From Podarcis liolepis (taxonomy: Eukaryota), in NCBI GenBank assembly GCA_965112155.1, contig OZ218104.1: DNA of 64,000 bases. One strand, written 5' to 3'. The notes beneath the pieces were generated by a model. The model was not told where the DNA came from, searched no databases, and was given only the letters and a program-made list of their open reading frames with translations. This document shows, in pieces, positions 34,157 to 46,065 of this stretch (position 1 is its first letter; each line of letters starts with the position of its first letter). Made by a program: the position numbers and the translations under genes.

Positions 34157-37100
34157 GGAGGGTAAAAAGGAGGACCTGCTCTTGTCTGCTGAGGCCCCAC
34201 TTGCTCCGCCAGTGAAGCATGGAACTGGAGTGTGACAACGGTCTGAGAGGGGCAGGGAGGGAGGAAGGGGCGGGCGTACTGGCTGTGATCAGAAATAAAT
34301 TAATTGTACATGTCCTCAGTCTGTGCCTCTTGGGCTTGGCCAATTCACTGCAGCAGCTTGAGAGGCAGCTGCTGCTTCTGCCTTGCCCAGGTTGCTTCCT
34401 TGCTGGGCAAGATTCAGCTGGAACTTTGCAGTTCTGTAGCCTGCCCCTTACTACATCACGCTGGAGCTCTTAAGTGGGGACTAACAAAGAAGGTGGAGTC
34501 CTGAAGAGGGAGGTGTATAATACAGCTTGGAGCCTCACAAGTTACCCACAGGGGTGTATTAGGCCTAATCATAGTGGCTGCTAGACTTAGGTACAGCAGC
34601 ACCAAATGGGAGGTTTGTGGAAGAATTTGACATTCTGGGGGGATATGTGTTGGGGAGGGAGAAAGCTCCTAGATTTGAGTGCTGCTGCTCTTCTTGCCTT
34701 TGTGCGTAGAGAGATGGTGGTGGAAGGAGCACCAGTGAAAGGCAGACTTTTAAACAAAGGCTAGAGGAAGACCCTGCTGAGGGGTATATTTCTTTTCTTG
34801 GTCAGCAGCCTGTGTCGTCTCTTGCCCAACTTCCAAACTAGGTAAAAGGGAGAGACTTGGCTGCACAAGCGAGGAGAAGTTATCTCTGTCTTGTTAGCCA
34901 GGTCTGTTCTGTTCTATTAATCTTAAATCATAAAACCTATGTGCAGCCTGTTAAATTTTTTACACAACAGAACAGAGCTAATTGTGCTAGTGTGAAGATT
35001 GCTAATTGGGGCTTTAGTGACCATCGTATGAATGTAAGGAAGTTTCCTTTATGAGCTTTGGTATTTCTGCCAAAATTTTCTCCAGGAGACAAGTAAGACA
35101 CAGACACATCAAAGGAAAAGCTATTGGCTTATAATTATATAGATATATATATAGATATAGATATATGTATATATACTGTTTACATAAGTCAACAAGTTAA
35201 ATGCAGTATTCATAAGAGCATTAACAATAAAAATACAATCTGTGTGTACAGAGACTTTAAATGGTAAAACAGGAAAAAGGATCTCACCCAAAATACAAAT
35301 ATACAGTACAAATTGATTTATTTAAAACAGGTACAAAAAAAGCACAACAAAATAGATTATCCTCCTTAGATTGGTAATGCTTCATTAAAGATCAGGTAGG
35401 AGAAAAGGGGCTGGGCACTCGGCTAGTCCTAAGGCTTTAGAGATACGATGCAGTGGGTTTCGGAGTGAAGATGACTGGTGTTGGTTGCAGGGCTGCTACA
35501 CACTTGCCCCTTGCCAGCTGCATACAGGAAGGTGACCCACCCCAACTAAGGTGCTATGCAAGGGATTGAAGGGTGGCAGGCTGACTCTGTTTGCTTTCTT
35601 CCTTGGTGCATCTTGAGATATAGCAAAGGAACTTTCTCTGCAACAAGCCACTGGGTCAGGCCATCGCTCAGTGTTTCTGGGCAGAGGTGGGACTTAATAT
35701 AAGCGGATGTTTGCTCTTGCAGGCAAGGGCTACAGAAACAGCTGGCAAGAAGGGATGGGAAACGTTTTAGCTGGAAAGGGTATCTGGTTGGTGCCCTTCT
35801 GAAAAGCAGGACCCCAGTTTATCACCCCCTAGTTTGGCACCCCACACTGAAACGTGTCTCTTTTAGCAGCCCCCATCCTACCCCATGGAATGGCCAAATG
35901 GACACAGCTGTGCAGCTGCCAGTCCCACAGTATTGCATATTAGGGAGCCCTTCCCAAATATTTACTAGGGCTTGGAAAGGGGTCGTGCTGTAGTGTCACA
36001 AGAGAGAAATAGCTTATTGCTCTAGGAAGCTGGTTCTCCCAACCCTCCAGCGGCCCCAGATGGAGTAGTGCCCAAAGACACTTCCATATTTTGCAGCTCT
36101 ATTCCTAACTCGGTCCTGGGCCCTAAGGGCTGTGCAGCAAGCTATCCTGAAACAGCACTGGACCAGGGTGGCAGTAGTGTTGGGCGGTCCAGATGAACTG
36201 AGGGGAACTGACCCTCAATAGCCACGGAGGGCCAGAGTTGGTGCCAATGAAAGAGGTGACCAATCAGGCTCTTCTGCTGTGATGCTGTGCAAGTGATCCA
36301 GCTCCCATGAAGCCCTGGGAGTAGAAGGGCACTCTGCCCTAATGGCATGAAGCAGACATCTCCTCCCTGGTGGCAGGGGAGCTGAAGGACAAACCTAGGC
36401 CAGCATTTACATGGAAATGAGCCTTGGTCTAGTAAGCACACAATCCAGGGGAGCCCAAGGGCAAGTAAGGAAGGCAGAGGGTGGTTTGCAGGGAAACCTG
36501 GCTCGGAATAGTGCAAAGTGCCGGGCCTTCCAGAGGAGAACAGCAAAGTCTTCCACCTTTCATATAGAGAGGGCTTGGAGTGGATGAGGTGGCTGGTCAG
36601 ACAGGAAAGCAGTTCCCGTGGTGAGCCAGGAATGCCTGTAGGCAATGGCCTAAAAGCAACAACTGTAGACAAAACATCCAAGGGAAACAAGCCAAGGCTG
36701 CCCATTTGGAGCAGTGGGAGGAGCTTCCTGGCTGCTATTCTGGAGTGGGACTTGGATGGCACTGATGCAGAGTCACAGCTATGATTCAGAGCCCTAGAGC
36801 TCACCCCTGCCGAGTTGTGGGCACCAGTGCAGGAGAAGGTACTCAGCCAGCTTCTTGAACCCAAGCACTTCTACAGCTTTCTCGGCTCAAAAACCGTTAA
36901 CCACTTGCACGTTTTATCTTCTTTCATTCTGTCTGAGTCACCAGTGCACACAGAAGAGCAATTTTCATCTTTATCAGAAGAACCTGAATACATTTTTCTA
37001 ATATCCAAAGAAATCTTACACATGTAGTGGGAGCCATTCAAGCTGGTTACAGTGGCCAGAATGTCCCCTCTCCAAACTCTCAATAGGAAATGCTTTAATC

Positions 37101-37969
37101 ACCCCAAGGAAAAGCAGGAGTGTCTGTATGTGCACTAGCATGCTCTTATATACAAACTGCCTTGCACTTTTCAAAGGAGCTGGCTGTAACTCGAGGCATC
37201 CACAACTGTGACAAGCCTTAGTCAGCCCAGGCCATTCAGACCTGGCTTAGCTGTGAACATCTAAAGCATCTGCAACAGAAGTGGATGCAGCCTTTCTAGA
37301 AGATGGAGGTGGGGGCTTAAGAGCAGGATGGAGATAGCTGAAGAAGCCAGAGCTAGAACATCCTCTCACACGTACACCTACACCATACCCACCTATGGGA
37401 TTCGAGTTCTACCTGGCTGCAGAGCTGTGAGGCAACACATTGCCAGGTTTGCAATTTAACAGACTATTCACCATTTCCTTTCAATCTAACACATGTGAGG
37501 AAATTGCATACAAATACTACCTCCCTGAGGAGAAATCCAGGCTCCCTTGACTCGGTGCCTGGAGAGGGGCTGCTGGGAGGCCCAGACAAAAATCCTTAAC
37601 TTGGGACCCGAACCGAAGAAACCTGGCAAACTCCCTCACTGCTCCCTTGCCCTGGTAAAAGCACCCTCCTGCTATGTGTGAGCAAGTGTCCAATAAAGTG
37701 CTTGAGTGAGGTGGTGGGGGATGTTGAGCCCTTGCTCCTCTCCTCACAGAAGCAGCGCAGTCACTGCTTCCTTCAGAGTCTCCCCTTGGCTGACCCCAAT
37801 CTACCCTACCCAGGCTCAGACCTCCCCTACAGGGGGTGGAGAGAAGGAGCCTCTGTCAGTGGAATGATTCTAGGCACACAACTGGGGGAAGGGCCGAGCA
37901 TCTGAGCAGTGGCCAAACTGGAAGGAACCCAGTTAAGCGTGGCACACAAGTTCGCCCACCACTGGGGCT

Positions 37970-39955
37970 TCACTTCCCTGCATTTGAACGGCCCTCGATG
38001 GACAACTTAACCTCCTGGGGAATGAATGAAGGGCGGAGGAGTGGTGGCCGGGGCTCCTCCCCAGACCTTTGGAAGCTGGGGCCTGCCCAACCATGCAGAG
38101 AAACAGGATCATGGTGGGTGGACTCCTGGGGGGAGCCCACTGCCACCCCACCCTTCTCCAATGGGTTTTTCTGCAGCTCCTGGAGACTCTCCCCACCCCG
38201 CCCAGGTCTCTCTCGGGTAGCACTCTGGGGGCTTGCCTGGGGCACAAGCCTCCCATTCAGACTCTGTAAACTGATGGAGATGCAAACATCTCCCACCTGC
38301 AGCCTGTGGCAGGAGAGTGAGAAGAGCCGATTTGTCCTCTCTGGACTGCATGAGGACCAGCCCTGTCCATACACAAAGAAAGGGTGCTCAGGGGGCACAT
38401 TGATGCTCACTTTGCTCTGCTGCTCCCCCACCACAAAATGCAGTGTGACGAAACCCTGCCAGGGACTCTCTTGGATGTCCACCACAGTGCTGGAGTCAAT
38501 CTTGAGGCCACCACTCACCTCTGCACTGCGCACAAAGTCCTGGGTCTGCAGGTCCTCCACCCTCTTTAGCTCTCCTGTGGCCAGCTGGATGATGGCTCCT
38601 TTCATGAAGTGGGAGGGTAAGTGGCTCTGGGAATGGGCACATTCCGTGTCAGGTAGTCCCTCATGGGCTGTTCCCTCAGGACTTGCACCTCCCAGGCCAT
38701 CCTGAGCCCCAGGAAGGAGGGACCCTGAGACTGGCCGACCATTGGCCATTGTAATGCCTTTCAGTATTTGCCGATGGCGGAGCTGCTCCTCAGGGGACTT
38801 TGCCGACAGTCTCCGAAAGTGGCTTTTCTCAGCAGTAGCAGCCACCACAAGTTCCACTGGGTTCCTCATTGACTCTGCCTTCTGCTCAGGGGGATTACGA
38901 TGGGAAAGGTTTAGAGGGCTCAAGCCATCCTTCTGCTGAGCAGAACAAACAGGGTAGTCCTGGGAAGCAAGCACTCCAACCACCCTCTGCACCTCCAGGT
39001 CTGTATCTGGGGTGCTCCGCTGAGATGGCACAGAGATCTCTGTTCTCAAAATCTGACTGCTTGTCAAGAAGGTACCTTCAGTGCTGCACTCTACTGTTGT
39101 CCTTGGCCACTGCCCTTCAGCCTCACTTTCCTTCGCCCCCACGGCAGACCTTTGCACCCCATTTGCTGTGACTTTAGGATCTAGCTGATTCTCCTGCAGA
39201 GACTGTTCAGTGTTTGGGCCAGCAACAGAAGCTTCAAATGATGAATAGCCTGCTGGCAGACGGGACATCTGATAATAGACTGGAATTCGGCCCTGTGTAA
39301 CATCCAGTGGCTGACCTCCAACATGGGGCTGCAGAGAGCCTGAAGACAAAACTGAGGCACTGGTCTTGCCAAAGCTGTGGGCTGCCTGTGGAGAAGGAGC
39401 AGAGTCTTCAGCCAGGAGAGGTGCATAGGGCACAAAGTGTGGGATATGAGAGGCAGCAAGGCTGGCTGAAGAGGACAGAAGGTGGCTGGGCAGGAAGCCA
39501 GGAGGCACAGCGGCGGCATAGGGTACAGAGTAGTGTGATCCCACAAACTGCAAGGGAGCAGGAGGAAGTTGAGTGTAATGGATAGGCGAGTAGGGGATAC
39601 CAGGGTGCGGGATCAGCTGTGAGGTCATACTGAAGGCTGGAGGCAGCGGGCTAACATTCACCACGGGTGAGAAGGTGGCTGGGGGCATCGCCACTTTGTA
39701 CAATAAGCCGTACTGGTCCACGGTAAGACTGGTCACTGTGTCGGAGCTGCCACCAGCCTCCGAGTAACGTGAAGGTGCCTGGCTCTGCCTGCCTGTTGCT
39801 GAGCCCCGGGACCATTCCACAGAGGTCTCGCCGCCGCCGCCGCCCACCAGACCCGACTCAGCCGCCCGCCCCGGCTCTTCGTTGTTGGCAGCCACCGGCA
39901 GGTCGCGCTTCTTGGGGGGGAGGAATTCCTGGCCCCGCTCCTGAGCCGCTCTCAT
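37970..39955 (-). CDS. ATXN1L: Ataxin-1-like, single coding exon, 661 aa
   Basis: ATG at 39955 gives MRAAQERGQEFLPPKKRDL; RSTPDTDLEVQ motif; AXH domain (LPSHFMKGAIIQLATGELKRVEDL...EHPFFVYGQGWSSC); C-terminal IPQEVKLSIEGRSNAGK. Confidence 0.97.
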   Translation of the reverse strand: MRAAQERGQEFLPPKKRDLPVAANNEEPGRAAESGLVGGGGGETSVEWSRGSATGRQSQAPSRYSEAGGSSDTVTSLTVDQYGLLYKVAMPPATFSPVVNVSPLPPAFSMTSQLIPHPGIPYSPIHYTQLPPAPLQFVGSHYSVPYAAAVPPGFLPSHLLSSSASLAASHIPHFVPYAPLLAEDSAPSPQAAHSFGKTSASVLSSGSLQPHVGGQPLDVTQGRIPVYYQMSRLPAGYSSFEASVAGPNTEQSLQENQLDPKVTANGVQRSAVGAKESEAEGQWPRTTVECSTEGTFLTSSQILRTEISVPSQRSTPDTDLEVQRVVGVLASQDYPVCSAQQKDGLSPLNLSHRNPPEQKAESMRNPVELVVAATAEKSHFRRLSAKSPEEQLRHRQILKGITMANGRPVSGSLLPGAQDGLGGASPEGTAHEGLPDTECAHSQSHLPSHFMKGAIIQLATGELKRVEDLQTQDFVRSAEVSGGLKIDSSTVVDIQESPWQGFVTLHFVVGEQQSKVSINVPPEHPFFVYGQGWSSCSPERTNRLFSLSCHRLQVGDVCISISLQSLNGRLVPQASPQSATRERPGRGGESLQELQKNPLEKGGVAVGSPQESTHHDPVSLHGWAGPSFQRSGEEPRPPLLRPSFIPQEVKLSIEGRSNAGK

Positions 39956-40140
39956 GGCGCTCGCTTCGGGAAGCTGCAAGGTGGGCTGCTGCTGTCGCCT
40001 CCTCCTCCTCAAGGGGGTCTCCGGGCGGGATCACCTGCAAAGACACAGAGAAGAGCACAGGGGTCAGCCGGGTGGGGGGGGCAGGCGGGCGGCTTCCGCC
40101 CGGCGGGGGGAAGGGAGCCCCGGACACTCCTGTCGCTCAC

Positions 40141-40460
40141 CCGCCGCCACCGCCGCCGCCTCCACGGCTGACTGCCATCCCTCTGCCCGCCGACTCCGCA
40201 GCCACCCCGGGCCTGACCCCGCCCTCTTTCTTCTCCGCCGCCGCCGCTGCCGCCGCCTTGCACGGCGCGCCGGAACTGCCGAGGCTCATGACGTTAGGAC
40301 GGCGCGCGCACAGCGCACAGCGATGACGTGATCGCCGCCTGCGGTTGCCATAACGACAGCCGAGGAAGCGGCGGCGGCATCGCTATAGCGACAAACGCAC
40401 CTTCCCTTCCCCTCTGCACGTGACGTCGCGCCCCGGCATCCCCCCGAGCTCTACTCCGTC
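40141..40460 (-). promoter_or_regulatory. ATXN1L CpG-island promoter and non-coding exon 1
   Basis: Donor G|GTGAGC at 40141 and acceptor at 40034. RFX X-box GTTGCCATAAC near 40344, CRE-like TGACGT half-sites and E-box CACGTG near 40417. Confidence 0.7.
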
Positions 40461-41849
40461 GAGCCATAACTGGTCTACCTGTAGGGTTGTTGTAAGGACT
40501 GCTGAGGTCTGGCTTGAGAAATAATAAGCGATGCTTGTGCACTTGAAGCGGTCTCTCCACTGTGTGGTGTGCGTCTTTTATTAAGATGATGAAGCCGCCA
40601 GCCTCGTGCCTTTGCGGCAGGAAAACCGAAGCGCCCCACTTGCTGGTATCAAACTGGGATTGGAAAGGAACGAGTAAGCTAGCGCTGCTTCTCGGCTGGC
40701 TATTCTAGGCCTTAAACCGAGAAGATGCGTAAATTATGGCCACAGTCAAATTCACGCTAAGCAAATCAAGGAAGGGGAAGCAGCCAGTAAGTGTTTCCAA
40801 AACCGCAAAGAGCCAGGCCGCTTCAGTCACAGCCTCTGCACGGCACGAGTTCCTTTTACAAGGGCAACAATTCTCGAAGCACTTTCCAACCTTCAAGCAT
40901 AAAAGTGGCCTTGGCCTTATACTGGCAGGACAGGAACAGCTTGCTGGTGCTAGGTAGATGGGATGGGATAGAGCTGTCACTCGATGTTGAGTTGTTTAAC
41001 TATTTTTCCTTTGTGTCTGTGAGAAAGAGACGAATGCTCTCAGTGGGGCTTCTGTCGCCCATCGATTTGCAACTAAAAAAAAAAGCCGCTGTCTGGCGAG
41101 ATCCTAGGAAAAGCTCTGCTTGTCCCTTAGATCAAACTAAGTGGAGGAGGGAAGGGAAGGGCTGCATGTGCTTTTGCTTGCAGACAGGACCAGACTTAAA
41201 CTCCTGGCAGGCACTTTCAGGTAGGCCAGAGTGAGGAATCCTGCCTAAAACTGTGAAAAGCTGTTGACCACCAGTGTAAGCAATACTGAGCTAGGTGGAC
41301 CAAGAGACTGACTCAATTTAAGACAGCTTCCTACAGTATCCCCATCTGTTTCCCAGCGATTAGCCAGATGCCCTAATGGAATGCGGAAGCAGTACAAAAA
41401 GCCGCCTACGTTGACTATCAGAGATAACGATTGAAGTGACCAATATATATTCCGTGGCGAGGCTTTCTAGCCCCCAAACCTTAATACTAGCCGCGGAACT
41501 ATAGAGCCCTAAGAGAGGCCAGAGCTGAAATGGATGTATCGGCCACATTAGCGAAAACTGTTTCACGCAAATCAGAGGAGGTTGAGCCGGGAGGCTCTCC
41601 ACGTTCAAACAAGGTGCTTGCCAGCAAGCTTCTTCGTCTCTCTGCGGCCTCAGAAACGGGACACTGGAGCTCCGTGCAAAGCCTGCAGTCCTGTGTATGT
41701 CCAAAGCACTGGGATATATTTCCGAGTAAACTTGCTTAAGATTGAGCTTGCTAGGAAAGCACGTGCTCTGTACGGACTTGGCCCCGCTACTGTCAGGCTA
41801 GCCCCCGGCAATTCGCAATTGGCGAAGACGCTTCAGTCGCCCTGACAGC

Positions 41850-43060
41850 TGGTTTTTTTCTCGAAGGACGGGCAGGCGCTTCGCTTCTTGGGCTGTGGGC
41901 AAGTTTCGTATCCAGAACGGAACTTTAAAGTTCGCTAATACGACCCGGCCGGACGCATGTCGTGAGCACAGCCGCAGCGGTGACTAGGCAGGCGTCTGAC
42001 GTCATCACTACCTGCCACGGCGCAGTCTCACCGCTAATCGTGTGACACCGCTACAGATACTTCCGCGGAGGAAACGAGTTCTTGGGCCAGTTACCGCGGT
42101 TCCAAGCGCCGAGCATTCTGTCTGGCCACGAAACGCGCCGGCCGGCGGCGACGGAGGACGCAGCAACGTTAATGGATGTAGCAGGCTATCGCCGCGCCGA
42201 GCTCTGAGAGAGGGCAGTCAGTGAGTCCCGGTCTCCAGATTCCTCCGCCTGCGGTATCGGTGCTGAGGCCGCGCCGCCGCCATTTTGGATGCCAGGCTCT
42301 AGCTACTGCCGCCGCCGCCTTCGCCGTAGGGATCCGGCCCGGTGAGTGCCGCACGGGGAGAGAGGAGGGGCGCTGCCAGGCAGGGTAGGTGTTGCTGCTG
42401 CTGCTTTTACTTCGGCGGTAGGATCCTGGGCCCGCCGCCGCCGCCCGGGGCAAGGCCCAGCCGCCGCCGCCTCCCGCCCCGCCTCCCGGGACGGACTGAG
42501 CCTTGGCCGCCGGGGGCCCGGGCGCTTTCCGGTCGGTGGGTGGGTCGGCTGGCTAAGGGGAGAGGCGCCGCTTCCTAGCGCAAGAAGGGAGCGCGCTACC
42601 GTGTTCCTTGAGGGTTGCTGCCGTCTGACTCGCCAGCTGGCTCGTGAGGCCTGGCGGGGCTGCTGCCCCTGCCGGAGCAGCCCTTCGCCCTCCCGGGCAA
42701 GAGGTGGCTGTTCCTCCGTCCGCGCCGCCGCGTCCCGAGCAAAGGCCAGCCTAGGCGGCGTTCCTTAGCCCATGACTTCCCTCCCGCTATTCGAGGCGTT
42801 TTTCTCCTCGCCCGGCCAGTTCTGTCTCTGCTGTCGGCGGAAGTGCCTGTGGCCTCTTATGTTATAGACAAGGAGAGTCTTCTCCGGTTCACCCTGTACA
42901 GCTCGCCCGGGCCTCCGACGATCGGATCGGCTCCTATCCGAGGTCTGAAGAAAACAGACTCGACTCGCCCCTTGACAGGCCTTGTGAGCAAGGGGCTTAG
43001 GAACACCTCGTCGGGGAAAGAGACTGAGAGTCACTTCCGATTACGGCAGGGTCGACACTA
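41850..43060 (+). promoter_or_regulatory. AP1G1 CpG-island promoter and non-coding exon 1
   Basis: Full CRE TGACGTCA 41997-42004; YY1 CCGCCATTTT near 42277; exon-1 donor CCG|GTGAGT at 42341. Confidence 0.75.
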
Positions 43061-45875
43061 GGAAAAGGCTCAAGGCTGTTGGATGTGGATTCCGACGCTT
43101 TGCAAAGAATGGCTGTTCAGTGAGCGCTGGGGAAAGGAAAGGCCAAGACCAGGGGTGGGTGCGGGGAAGTGAGAGGGCAGTCCAGCCAGCTGGCTCACCT
43201 GTCAACTTGACCTGAAGAAGCCATTGCAGTTCCTTTTCTTGCCCTCCTGTCGAGAGGGAAATATTTGTTTATTTTTATTTAACGAAAGTTTTATTCCATT
43301 TGATTGTAAGAATTTATAAGGGTCTTACAAGTGAGATAAGCTGCTTTCCTACTGAGGTTAATGATTGTGAAGGAGTTATCTAGTAGTACTCTTGTAGATG
43401 AGTAACAGTTGGAAGAGGGTTACTCAACATCTGCAGACCTTCTGAAATTTAACTTAACTTTATTTTAATATGGATAGTCCTGCCCATATCCTTAGTTGCT
43501 GCAGCTTGATTGCCCAGTTTTCTGTCCCCTAGACTGGAACTCCTTGCAAGAAACCCTTTGTGACAATCTCTTTCTCTTCTCTTCAAACACTTCCTCAAAA
43601 CACATTTTTACTTTGAAGCCTGTTGTTTAATGCCTTTGGTTTCACCTTCATTGTTGCAACATGGAGTATTTGCTCACATTTCTCCTTCATCTGCCATTTA
43701 AAATTTAGAAACTGTAAGCTCATATTGATGTGATTCTCTGCAAAGCATCATGTGGAATGATGGTGCTACCTTATAACTAATGATTAACAGAACCTGTCTG
43801 ACAGACGGCCCCTCTTTTATAAAATGTCTAGCTAGTGTATGCTGAAAATCCTCTGTGTCTCTTGAAAGAAACTGTGACAATTGGGCAGGATTGTTACATT
43901 GACTAAGTTTGGTGTAGTTCAAAGATATATCATGAGAGGGAAGATTTGCTTTTAAATAGTATTGCAGATGGAGTATGCTTGTCTTTTGTCTGAATACAGT
44001 GGTCTTTATCTTTGTTGAATTTCTGCTGGCTATGGGCAAGTGTCCAAAATTAGCCAGGTGCATTTTGCACCTGACGATTGACCACTCGCAACCATGAGAT
44101 ATTTTATCTGCACAATCAGAATGAATTTCAGGAACCAAAATGCTTTTTCTGTGCAGCCTAAGCAGGAGCAACGTTAGTTAATTATTGTAGTTTGTCTTCA
44201 CTTACCCCACCCCACTGACCTTGTCACAGTTGTGAAGAACATTCCTATGTTATGAATGGTCAGTGTCACCATTTAGAAAAAGATGTAGGAATAGGCCAAT
44301 ATGTATGTGGACTGTCCCTGCATCAAGTGACTTTTCTTCTTTAAGATCTCAAAGTTCTTAACCTACGGGTAGTTCAAGGTAGTCATCTGAACTAGCCAGG
44401 TGTTTCACTGATAATCACAATTAGTCCATCATTTGAAAAATAAGACTTTAGAGCCATCTTACCCTCAAATGGCAACTAGATATTCTGTTTTGGTGACTGT
44501 AGCCTTGGTTTAAGGAGCCCTTTGGCACCTAACTTACATATCATAGTTTCTAACACTGCTGTGAGCTTATTCTGGATGTTTTTGTATTTGTAGTACACTT
44601 TCTTTCCACCAGTATGGTTGCACTGTCACTGTTTTTGTTAACAATGTCTGGCTGGTAATTCAGGGTGTACCTGCATTGAGGCGGTGAATTGCGTTCTGTG
44701 TCTCTCCTCCCAAACATAGTTAATAAACTTTACTTTGTGCGTTGGCTTGCATGTTGACCATCTTATGGCAGAGTTGGATTTTAGGAGTAATTGCAGGTGT
44801 TTTTGAACCAAAGACCTGTTTTTTATTGTTTCTTCAGCTTGGGCATCTTCTGAGAGTTTTTTTTTGGGACCTGCAATCAGAAACTGTTTGAAATCTGAAC
44901 AGTGCTGTCTTGAGACCTCTTGCTGCCTGAGGTAGATCTCAAATTTCTGTTCTGTAGGGCTAACCCTGTACCATTCAAACAGCAGTACAGCCTCCCTCTA
45001 GCTTTGGCCACTCCCATTATGCTGCCTGAAGTGCACTGCTTCATCCTGCTATGTATCAGGGCCCACCCTCATTGTGAAAGTTCCGTTAAGAGTGTTGTTA
45101 CTTTGAAAGAGTTCTTATATTTGGTTTATCTTGTGACTCATACCTTGGAGTACCTGAAGAGAGGTGGGGTCAACTTTAGTATAGCAAGATGAGCTTTAGG
45201 ACAGCCTTGCATGTAACAACTCACCTGGTAGTCATAGGCAACCAGAAATTCCATCCTGGTGAGTGAATGCCACTTTAGACAGATAGCTATCAGAGCATTT
45301 CTTACTAAACATCTGTTTACCAGAGATTATTTTTAAAATGTCATAAAGGCACTTGTGGTATGTTGGCTACTCTGGAAGGTTGTGATTCACTAAGAAGCTC
45401 TTCCAAAGCGTCTTATTAGAAGTTAGATCATGAGTACTTCTGGATCTTAGAAGCAGCCTGAGAGCCTCCTTCTTAACTGGGAGCTTTGGATGGAGACTCA
45501 AGCTGGCTCATGAAACATGGAAGGAGCTGGCTCACTGTGGGTTGTGTGCTTGCTCTGATCCACCAGGATCCTCCTGTGTAATTATGGCAACAGCTTCCTT
45601 TCCTAAGGAATCCACACAGATTTGGCAGTAAGGTTGGAAGGCACAAGATGGAACAAGACTCTCTACCAGGCATGGGTCTACCCTGGTTAGCACTTGGGGA
45701 AAAGGAAATAATTCTGCTTCTCTGTCGCCAGAAGATCAGCCCTGGAAGTCTGGTCAGTCTCCATTATCCTGCAACACCTGCAGTTTGTGCTGTGGTTTAT
45801 TTTCCATAAACCACCTTGGATACTCTGTGAAGGGACATAAATCATCTAATAACATGCATGAATGAATAATGGCAT

Positions 45876-46065
45876 GGGGAAGGAATTCGGCTCAGTAGTG
45901 GAGCACCAGCTTGGCAAGTAGAAGGTGCCAGGGTCAATCTCCAGGTAGGGCTGGGAGAGACCCCCTACCTGAAAGCCTGGAGAACAACTGCTAGTCAGTG
46001 TTGACCGTTCTGAGCTTGATGGACCAGTAGTCTGACACAAACAGAAGGCAATTTACTATGTCGCT
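45876..46065 (+). mobile_element. tRNA-derived squamate SINE (Squam3-like); related fragments near 41220-41335 and 53760-53905 (-)
   Basis: A-box-like GGCTCAGTAGTGGAGCA, then CTCCAGGTAGGGCTGGGAGAGAC...CTGAGCTTGATGGACCA body. The family name is from memory. Confidence 0.6.

Noticed and set aside
36142-36864. 240-aa ORF in the ATXN1L 3'UTR
   Set aside because: Non-ATG start, no recognisable motif and UTR-like composition.
37836-38705. 289-aa + strand ORF, and 33667-34200 (-) 177 aa
   Set aside because: Antisense shadows of the ATXN1L and ZNF821 coding exons.
39956-40012. N-terminal extension of the ATXN1L ORF (MRRRRRQQQ...)
   Set aside because: The track starts at TTG. Homology begins at the ATG at 39955.
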